Source: Amoebidium appalachense (taxonomy: Eukaryota; Protista; Ichthyosporea). Taken from it: a stretch of 64,000 nt of DNA. The first letter of the stretch is position 1. Each line of letters starts with the position of its first letter. The position numbers and the translations under genes are program-made. Below, one piece after another: positions 46,341 through 62,236 of this stretch. The DNA lies in assembly GCA_963693365.1 (NCBI GenBank), contig CAVNZM010000013.1, forward strand, positions 3,004,722 to 3,068,721, read 5' to 3'. The notes under the pieces are model-generated. The model saw only the letters and a list, made by a program, of their open reading frames with translations. It searched no databases and was not told the origin of the DNA.

Positions 46341-49300
46341 TGATGCATCCGAAATGTACTCTGATCGGAGAACTTAGCGGCCATAAGTACTCTGACCGCA
46401 GTACTTTAGGAATGCTTGTTTCGGAAGGATACCGCGAGCTATTGGGGCCCAGGAGCCCGCTTTTTTTTGTACAGCCAGTAAGAAAACATAAGTTTACACC
46501 TTTTTTGTCTTTGGTACGGTAACTAACAAGGCCTTCCCTAGCTTTTATTGGTTGCCGACGCTGTTGCAAGTTTTTGAATTCATGCTCGACAACAACATGA
46601 TTCATGATCAAACGGACGAAACTTGCTGAGTCCGCGAACACAACAAGCCATGGGTTTCATGTGAAAGATGAGCGCCCAACATGGCCAAAACATTAGACCC
46701 AATAGAGTCACTTTATTCTGGAGCTCGTGTCTGTTGTTTTGCATACATATTTGACGGGGTTCAGGGGGAAGATTTCACAGATGACACCACACGTTGGTCT
46801 TACAAGAAGTTCGGCCTGAGTTGGGACACACAAATACTGGTTGGCACAGTAGTGAAACGATGCAAGACAAACGAAGGCAGTGAATGGAAAGTAAAGTTTG
46901 ATTTTGACGGTACCACAGAAGTAGTTCTGCGCCATCAGCTAACTTTAATAGATGAAGAAGACAGTGAACACACAAGTAGCGAGCTAGAGAGTGATAGTGA
47001 CGAAGATCCAGATGGAGACATCCAACAAGTAGAGATTCCTGTCACAGACAGTGAGAATGAAGATGAGATAGAACTTGTAGATGAACAAGTAGAGTTACCT
47101 ACCCCCACCGACCCCACGTGCACCTTGCAATGGACCATTCCAGATGAGCAAGTACTTGACAAAAGAACAGGCCCACGCAGAAAACCAACCATTCCACTAG
47201 CACTAAACAAGCGCAAGAGTGTTCTGTGTTTGTTTGAACACTTCATGCCTATGGAGTATCTCTTCACAGCAGTCATTCCACTCACAAACGAAGTAGGTCG
47301 TGCACGTTACAAAAATTGGGTTGACTTAACCCCGGGTGAGCTACTTAGGTGGTTGGGTATGTGGATTTACATGGCTGGAACATTCGAACCCGGCTCGAGA
47401 TCGAACTACTGGACGTCGGCAGCAGAGAACCCAAGCCACATATTTCCCGTACACGACTTTGCCCGCTTCATGACCGAACACCGGTTCGAAAACATCCGTG
47501 CCTGCTTTACCGTCACCGACATCACTCAATATCCGGAGGATGATCCACTGAAAGACACACGCGGTTTCATGGAAGCACTGCAGAGTCGGTGCCGTTGCTC
47601 TATCGAGCCCGGGGATGAATTATGCGAAGACGAGGCCATCTTTGCCAGCTATCATTGCAACCTTCCGTGCCAAATCTATATAAAACGAAAACCCCACCCT
47701 CTCGGTCAAGAAATAAAAACTCTACACGACTGTGTAACCAACATACTCATTAACTTCGAAATGAACGAGGGGAAGCTTAGGATGGCAAGCAAACCGTACC
47801 GACAGTTGGGAGCTGGAACAGGCACCACCTTGCGTCTTCTAACCCCAAGGGCCAACCCCACCCACCGTAACCCCAGAACGATCGTCGGAGACAGCTGGTT
47901 TGGGTCAGTAACCGGGACAAGGGAAGTGTACAAAATCGGATTCTACGCACTTTTCAATGTCAAAACCGCAACCAGAGACTTTCCCCTCAACATGTTGGAC
48001 CTTCTATGTGAGGAAGGACGTGGTGTATGGTCGGAGGCAGTGTGCAGTGTGGACGGAGTAGACCTCGTTGCGGTGTTATGGAGAAACAAGAACTACAGTA
48101 TGAAAGTGATCACCTCATGTTCAAGTACTCAGCCGGGTCAACCGAGAAAATCACGAAACGGAAATGACGTCCCCCAACCGAAAGCAGTCGAAGAATACTT
48201 CGAAAACTACAACATGGCCGATATATTCAACAAAAAACGAATGTTAAACGGCTCTGTGGACGAAGCCTTGGGCACTAAACGTCACCAACTCCGCACCTTT
48301 GGGGGGCTTCTGGGGTTTGTAGTAGCAAACGTACACTTTGCATACAGATACTTTGGCAAATCCACAAACACGAGCATGGACACAAGGCGTGAGCTAGCAG
48401 AAGCACTCATATGCAACCCCCACCTGCCTGCACTAGAATACCCCCTTCCCCCTGCTGCTCCTGCCCCCCATGCTCTACACGGACACCAGCGTGCCAGAAA
48501 AGAAAGAAAAGGTAGATGCGTTCTCTGCTTTAGGAACAAAGGGGAACGCCACCAGACACATACCTACTGCATCAAGTGTAATGTGTTTCTCTGCAATGAT
48601 CAAACACGTGCATGCTTCGAAAACCACATCACACATGGTGTTCCTCCACGCACACGCACCCAAGTCAACACAAACACAGGCCCGGTACGATCACGCAGAA
48701 ACACTACACGTTAAAGTACCTTCTGCCCACTGGTCAGTTTCTGTACATTGCGCAACACTCATTTGTCGTTTTCGGATTAGGGGTGATTTGTTTGGTTTTT
48801 ATTCGTTTCTTCGAAACTGTTTGTGGTAACTAGATGCTAAAAGGGTTATTTGAAGTGTGTGTACCGAAAAAAACGAATTTGAAAGCTGATGTCAATGTTT
48901 CTCAAACGAAAAATGCACCTGTGGTGCAAAAGCAACAACGTGAACGTTTAAAGTATGCATCTTTGGCACGCATTTGTAACAAGTTTGACGTTTTTCTTGG
49001 CTCAGGCCTATGGCCTCCCGGTGCCAGAACCCGTAAAGTGCAAAATAAGCCATACCAACAAGCATTCCGAGAAATTATTGTAGTCATGGGGTGCGCAAAC
49101 ACTACAAAGTTCTCCGTAAATTGAAGCTCAAAATCGTTGAATGCCTACCATTACTTACTAAGCCACTACCCCGCCAAGAATTTTTCTACGGTTTTTTTGT
49201 GATGTGCTTGTTCCCTGTCACGTTAGGGTAAAATGGTGAGAAAAAGAGAGTAACACGTGCAAAACTGACCCTGCGCCAGGCGTTTTTATATGATGACGTC

Positions 49301-49344
49301 ATACAGTACTCTGGTTGGAGCATTTATCGATTCAGGTCGGATCA
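46341..49344 (+). mobile_element. piggyBac-like DNA transposon, 3004 bp, ATAT target-site duplication
   Basis: ATAT at 46337-46340 and 49345-49348; removing the element plus one ATAT restores the LINE reading frame. Ends TGAT...ATCA (10/15 inverted match). Subterminal 20-bp imperfect palindromes at ~46355, ~46387 and ~49305. Contains one transposase ORF. Confidence 0.88.
46681..48714 (+). CDS. piggyBac-family DDD transposase (677 aa), intact and intronless
   Basis: Motifs CEDEA (D317)...QIYIKRKPHPLG...INFEMNEGK; VGDSWFGSV (D404); YNMADIFN (D514). C-terminal Cys-rich domain CVLC...THTYCIKCNVFLC...CFENH; acidic N-terminal linker. These match the DDE_Tnp_1_7/PGBD architecture. Confidence 0.93.
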   Translation: MAKTLDPIESLYSGARVCCFAYIFDGVQGEDFTDDTTRWSYKKFGLSWDTQILVGTVVKRCKTNEGSEWKVKFDFDGTTEVVLRHQLTLIDEEDSEHTSSELESDSDEDPDGDIQQVEIPVTDSENEDEIELVDEQVELPTPTDPTCTLQWTIPDEQVLDKRTGPRRKPTIPLALNKRKSVLCLFEHFMPMEYLFTAVIPLTNEVGRARYKNWVDLTPGELLRWLGMWIYMAGTFEPGSRSNYWTSAAENPSHIFPVHDFARFMTEHRFENIRACFTVTDITQYPEDDPLKDTRGFMEALQSRCRCSIEPGDELCEDEAIFASYHCNLPCQIYIKRKPHPLGQEIKTLHDCVTNILINFEMNEGKLRMASKPYRQLGAGTGTTLRLLTPRANPTHRNPRTIVGDSWFGSVTGTREVYKIGFYALFNVKTATRDFPLNMLDLLCEEGRGVWSEAVCSVDGVDLVAVLWRNKNYSMKVITSCSSTQPGQPRKSRNGNDVPQPKAVEEYFENYNMADIFNKKRMLNGSVDEALGTKRHQLRTFGGLLGFVVANVHFAYRYFGKSTNTSMDTRRELAEALICNPHLPALEYPLPPAAPAPHALHGHQRARKERKGRCVLCFRNKGERHQTHTYCIKCNVFLCNDQTRACFENHITHGVPPRTRTQVNTNTGPVRSRRNTTR

Positions 49345-50140
49345 ATATGTTTCAAACGGATGAACGACCGTCGGATGGAGAGTGCAGACAGGTGTCTTCG
49401 TTTATTTAGGGATGTGTATCTTGCTAATCTTTCTACTACTGTACACTTAAACAACCGTCTTAGTATATTTCGCACCTTTATTCGCCCTTTGTCTGAGTAA
49501 CGGTTGCCTTTATTAGCTATGGCACCCCCTGATACCGTTGCAAATGTTCTTCAATCACTAGATGACTTCCACTACACAACTTGTTGTACGTTTCTTACTG
49601 GCCTTTCCACACCTATTTCTAGACGCCTTTTCGATTCTCTATACGCACTCACACCACCATCACAACGCATACACGAATTAGCCCTTAAATTTCACGAGCA
49701 CATCACCCACCTATCCGCCATTGCCCCGACCCATCCACAGCTCTTCCGCGGCTACACGCATCCCCGCCGGACTCGCCTCTCTACCTCTTCCCTTCCACAT
49801 CGTCTCTGCCCATTGTCGAGCGATATGCGGAGTGGCTGGCGACTCCACCGGAGGTACGGCTGGACCACAGTGTGACTATGGATAGTTTTAGGTCTATGGC
49901 TGATATAGATACTTTACGTGTCGAGTCCCTCCCAGTGTTAGCTATAGGTCAGCAAAAACACCAACTACTAGTAGCCTATATGGCGGATACGGTTAGACAA
50001 TCTCGCTCCTATATAGATTCGTTTATTCATGATGTTGTGTCGTATAAATATGCAAAGATGATTATGTCTTGGCGTTGTAATCGGTTTTTGGTGTCTCCTG
50101 CTCGTATGTGTAATATATGTGTGGGGGGCGGTTTACTCGC

Positions 50141-50254
50141 CAGGGTTCGAAGTTACGAAAAAAAAATCGGAATTTCCGATATTTGAAGACACAGTTCCGA
50201 AAATCGGCCCGGCCAAATCGGAAAGTTCGAGAGCCCCCCCCCCCCCCCCCCCCC

Positions 50255-50291
<37 letters not shown>

Positions 50292-50482
50292 CCCCCGGGG
50301 GGAAGCTTCTCATGACTTCGCAGGTCTCATCATACACGGGGCATACACCACCCACACAAGCTGCACACGTACGTACGTGTCTTCCTGCAGGTCCCTGTAG
50401 AATGTTCAGTGGCAGACCCTGGTTACAGCGCCAGCCTAGCACATGTACATGTTGTCACACCAAACACATTTATGCACACACC

Positions 50483-50519
<37 letters not shown>

Positions 50520-51195
50520 ACACAGACACACACACACAAATTCACACACACACAGCCGTGACACCACATATGCATCATAGCCATGGATGGCCACATGAAT
50601 ATACAATGCACATGCCTGCGCATGTATATATAGGCCGGCCTCCACTTCAAAACTCCCCCCCCCCCAGAAATCGAACCCCATTCCCCCCTCCTCCGCTGCC
50701 CACCGTTTCCTCCACCAGTGCTGCCCCTCCTTCTCCCCCACCGCCGCTCCGGCCTCACCCCTCCCCCCCCCTCCCCCCTCTCAGGCGGATCCCTCCCCCC
50801 CCCCCCCCCCCCCCCCCACTAGTACTCCCCTCCCCCCCCCCCCATTCCCCCCCCAGGAAGGCCTAAACATGGAATGGATCTAGATGCTCAGAGTCGACGG
50901 CCACCAGGTGCAGGTGCCACGTGTATCACGATCAGTGGCACGCGTCTTCAATGGCAGCTAGCGATACACGTGCACACACTGTGCACCACTGTGTTCCGTT
51001 CAAAGACACACATCCTGGACCACATACATTCACAGCCTAGACACCACACAATCATGTGACCTAGGCTAGTACACGTGCAGAGGCACATACTATCTCAGAT
51101 CATGATAACTGTATTACAAACGTGCACATGCATCCACCCTGTACAATCACATGCTATGCACCCACCCACCCACCCACCCACACAAACACACACAG

Positions 51196-51229
<34 letters not shown>

Positions 51230-51508
51230 ACACTGCACACACACACCATGTACACGGCGCACGCACACACACCCCGTGGCACACACACACACACACACAA
51301 ACACACACACGCACACAAGAAACCGTTGGTACAAACACACACACCCACACTGGCATGTACACACACACATACACACACACACACACCCTGCATACATACA
51401 CACCACACTGCACACACGTGTCACACATACATACACACACTGTACATACATACACACACACCATAACCGTTGACACAAAACACACACACACATACACACA
51501 ATGTCATG

Positions 51509-51540
<32 letters not shown>

Positions 51541-52195
51541 CACACACACACGTGCACATGTGCACACATGCACACAACATAGACACACACACACCGATTA
51601 CCGCTGACACAAATACACACACCCACACCTGTACACATACACACAGACACACACACCGTGCATACATACCCACCACACACACACACACACAATTGCAAAG
51701 AAAAATACTCACACACACACAAACACAGACACAACCACCCGACCTGATTTTCTTTCTCCCCCCCCCCCCCCCCCCCCCCCCCAAACATTCGATTTCTGCC
51801 TGAGCTTCCCATGTTGCTGCCTCAACTCACTCCCCCCCCCCCCCCCCCCCCCCTCTCCCTCCCTCCCCTCCCCTCCCCCAGAATTTTTAAATCCGGAGAC
51901 AAAATGTATATATATGTTGTGCATTATGTAATGCACTTCATATTTCCCTTTTATTCCTTCAAAGCTTCAAGTGCCAACACCAGGAAGGCTCTAATAACCA
52001 CAGGGGTTTTTGAGTATGCATTATAATTACATTTTGATGCAATATAGGCACAAATAAGCATGCCCTAGTTTACTGATGCGCGATGATTACGATTTTTGGT
52101 GGGCCTGCTCCGACGGAGCATTCCGATTTTCGAAGAGGTTTTCCGAAACGGGATTTCGACTTCCGTTAATGGGCTCCACCATCCTTCGAACCCTG
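50141..52195. mobile_element. Non-autonomous hAT-type DNA transposon (2055 bp) nested in the LINE remnant
   Basis: Perfect 12-bp TIR CAGGGTTCGAAG / CTTCGAACCCTG; 8-bp TSD TTACTCGC at 50133-50140 and 52196-52203. Subterminal TTCCGA/TCGGAA repeats at both ends; interior is microsatellite-filled with no transposase. Confidence 0.92.
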
Positions 52196-53209
52196 TTACT
52201 CGCGGATGCATATCTATCAATAAGTGTGACCTGTTAGCTAAATAAAATTAATAAAATTTAAATAATGTGTTACAACCGGAGGTTATGGGCGGCTTTATTC
52301 TCTTTTCTACTTCTCTCCCCCAGTACATCCGTTATTAATGACCGTGTTTTATCACCTTATTAATGCTGCACAGAATGATATTGTGATACGGTGTCTTAAC
52401 TTTCTCTCGGAGCTACCAATGCTAGCTTCTGCTTATCCATAATATGATACTAGGGTTGTTTTATTGCATACAGTCACTAAGAGTACATAAGTCACTAGCT
52501 GCATTTGATTGGCTGCGCTGGAAAACGCAGTAGGCCGTCAAGTGAGGCTGGGCCCCTCACGATGTCCGCAGCGTGACCGTGAGTTGGCAAAGTGCATAAA
52601 CCCCCCATTGTTGAATGATCACGCCTCTGAGCTGCCTGCATGGCGATGGAATTTGGTCCGTGATCACGTGAAGTCTACGAGCCTTGGTAGACGGTGCACC
52701 TAATATTGCCTAATGTGACTACAATGATAATAATTGTCCAAAATAATATAATGTGTATGTTTAACTGTAGTTATTCTAGCTATAGACTAAAAACTTTTAC
52801 GGTGAATGTGAACGACAATAGCTGAAAGTTTTCCTGAGACGGTCAATATACATGTGACCCCTCCGCGCGCGCGGCGCGCGCACATGCCGGCAGCACTTTG
52901 GAATGCGGCATGGCATTTCTGGGAATTCCTGTTCATATTGAGGCAGGTTTAGATGTTTTCGAGGATTTTAGCTCAGATAGTGTACATGATTGAGTACACG
53001 CTGTACGTGCTAGCTCAAACGATAATATAGTACGAGAATTTGATATTTGATGTTTCTATAAAATATATTCAGTTCTTATATTGACCCCCGATATTCTGGA
53101 TATTTAGACCTATTACATCTCTCGTATTTGACTATTCCTCGATAGTATATCCACACATGTGTACACAGCAGTTTTATCCAGGTGCGTGGGTGGGTATCGC
53201 GGCCCGTGG

Positions 53210-53372
53210 CAGGGGTTGCCTGGGTTTGGCGCTCTTAATCGTATTTAGTCAAATTCCGAGTATTTTGACACCCTTCAGGGTCGTATTCACTAATTGAATG
53301 CCCCTTTTTAAACGTATTGCGGGGTTTCCTAAATCGTATTTTGGGCCAATACGATTTGTAAGGCAGACCCTG
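53210..53372. mobile_element. 163-bp MITE with hAT-like TIRs and 5-bp TSD
   Basis: TIR CAGGGGTTGCCT / AGGCAGACCCTG (10/12); CGTGG duplicated at 53205-53209 and 53373-53377; internal CGTATT motif repeated about five times. Confidence 0.75.
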
Positions 53373-53941
53373 CGTGGCACGGTTCTCCGTGCGTCACAGA
53401 ATCAACCGAGACTCATTGAAAGTGAAACACTGTTTCCCTCAAATACGGAGGGTGGGATAAGCTCGCGCGAACAAAACATGAACAAACGTTGTGTAGTGGT
53501 GGTATGGTAACCATTATTTTCATATAAACGCACACAGCAAAGATCAGCAACCTGGGTCCCCCTTTCTCTCTAGATCCTCCCTTTCCATTCTCAATGAAAT
53601 TTCCAAATTGATCGTGTAAACTAAACAAAGCTCTTTCTTTTCCAGCGTCATGCCATCTGTGCTCAACATCTCTAACCAGCTTTGTGTTGCCTGAGCCATC
53701 TTTTCCCATATGGCTACACATACTCTACATAGTACACGTCGCCCAGTCACTGGCACTCAAGGTTTAAGTTTTTCCGCTAACATCAGCCAGGAAGCCCGGG
53801 CTGTAAAAGTCCACATCGAACGTTTTTCCTACGATGCTTCAAGATTCATTCAGATGTTTTGAGAAGGTTTGGAGATGCCAGAGTGAGTGGCTGCCAATGC
53901 GGAGTGCTTGAAAGTGCGAGAGGTGGTGTGTGCGCACGAAA

Positions 53942-60211
<6,270 letters not shown>

Positions 60212-60428
60212 TAACGGGGAAATGTTGTTTGGATTTCTATAGATTGCATACATGCAGTGCGGGCAAAGCTATCCCGAAAATCAGGTTTGGTCAGGACGGA
60301 GAGTGACGCCAGTTTTTACGGGGGCTCTAGCCTAAAGAGGGATGATTCTGAGGAATTTACGGACAACCAAAATGGAAACCCGGGGGATACGGGGTTGAAG
60401 TCTCTACATGCTGCCATGTGCGTGCGCG

Positions 60429-60473
<45 letters not shown>

Positions 60474-61221
60474 GCAATTTAGTTTGCAGCAGTGTACAGA
60501 GGTTACACACTGTCATTTGACCGCAAACACAACACAAGAGTAATTTCAGGCTTTCGAATGAGGCTCATAGATGTCAGTGAATGTGCGCGCTAGTTGCTTG
60601 CGAATTTTAGTTTCATAGTAATATTAATTTATAATGCTGTCTATTCTACGCATCATATTGTGTGTATGTTGTGCCTAAAATATCTGGTTATGAGATATAT
60701 CAACGGTTTTATAGTATTTCAACGGTATTACATATCAGATGGAGTTGACCGCATGTTGTATGTATATCAGAAATGATATGATAAACTCGAAGGGGCGGAA
60801 ATACGGTGTTGCTCTTTCCTTCTATTGGTTAGTTTTACATGAATTGTTGATGTGCACCCCCTTATAGCTGGTTATAGCTGATTACACTAGCATTATTAAT
60901 AAGAAGTGGTTCCGTTAATAGTTAACGTCGGATGGAAGAAGGAAGTGAAGGGGGGGGGGGGGGCAGGAGGCGGAGAGTGTGTAATGGTGAAAGGAGAGAT
61001 GTGAGAAGCGAATAGCTGTTACAAGTAAGTTGAAAGGTGAATGCCACGATGAATTTATAAATGGCTATACTAGTGACTGTCTGCTGTATCTCTAGACCAA
61101 CAGGAGTGCACTGGTTGCATTATGGTTTATCGTGATTGGATTAATGATGCACTTTTAATTCATGTGACGATTGGCGGTCCTAGCCCTTTCAAAGCTAATC
61201 GGAGGGGTGGGCGTCCCCCCC

Positions 61222-61252
<31 letters not shown>

Positions 61253-62236
61253 AAAAAAAAAAAAAAAAGAGTTACTACATCCCCATTTCACTGCCTTCAA
61301 AACTCTGGCTTCCCTAAGACTCAGTTAATTTAAAACTCAGTAATTATGAATTCCCCGGGATGTATTCTTCACGTGGCAACTGGCCTGGGGAAGAGACCCT
61401 CAGCCGGAGGTGAGGCATACTATCACACTGCTGAAGTCAATACAATGCATTTATAAATTCGGGTAGAATTGAAATACCTGGTTTACATGTTCTGCAAAAG
61501 AGGTTTACGCGCGAAAAAATGGACAAACTTTAAATAATTATAAAAAATTCTAACTTAGGAAAACTTTCGAGGAGTACTAAGGTTAAGGTCTGTGTTGCTC
61601 AGTGACGTGAAACGAGACTCTAGTAGCAGTGCAGGTCTCCGACAATGTGCCACGGTAATTCCAATAGTCATATATAGAAACTGCAAAAGTAACCGTCCCC
61701 TTAATTGTTGGGCAGTGATGCTGTACTGCGTGACAGTGTTCAAAGAAAACGAGGCTTCAAATAATCTGTACGTGGTCCATCATATCACATACACATGGCC
61801 CTCCGATGTCATCTATCATAGATAATTCCGACAGCAAACTTTAAACGTTTCGTCTAGAGTGCAGTTTAACTGCCCAGAAACTGAGCCCTGGTAAGCCTAA
61901 CTTTCTGAAGCGTCATTGAGTGAAATCAGTCCCCCCCCCCCCCCCCCCCCCCTCCCCTCCCTCCCACACACACACACACACAACCGACCCACCCACCCAC
62001 CGACCCACCCACCCACCCACACACCACTATTGTTGCCACTATGTACCAACGTGACCTGCGTTACTGTAGCCTAACTACTAGTTCTTTCTGCCACACACAC
62101 GCACACTGCACGTTTCCCGCCCACGACATTCTCCTCCCGCGGCTCCTTCAACGTTTCCTCGCCATCTCTGCCCGATACATCTCATACACACCCTCCGTCC
62201 GTTTTACAGCCTGTCTCGCTAATTCGGTCTCCGTTC

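Larger units (their letters stand above)
46030..52420 (+). mobile_element. Degenerate 5'-truncated non-LTR retrotransposon (LINE) ORF2 remnant, split into three pieces (~46030-46340, 49345-50140, 52196-~52420) by two nested insertions
   Basis: RT motifs LFFADDIQ, WCQRNDMKVNVKKC and YLGV; thumb region RLSIFRTFIRPLSE*; C-terminal Cys-knuckle-like SWRCNRF...MCNIC/CGGRFTR|GCISINKC. Frameshifts and stops are present. Frame rejoins across both insertions (VDELGI|CFKRM; GRFTR|GCIS). Outer limits approximate. Confidence 0.8.

Noticed and set aside
53413-53721. Minus-strand ORF with KLVRDVEHRWH, loosely like the hAT transposase D-x-x-TRW motif
   Set aside because: Single short motif with no other transposase blocks; insufficient support.
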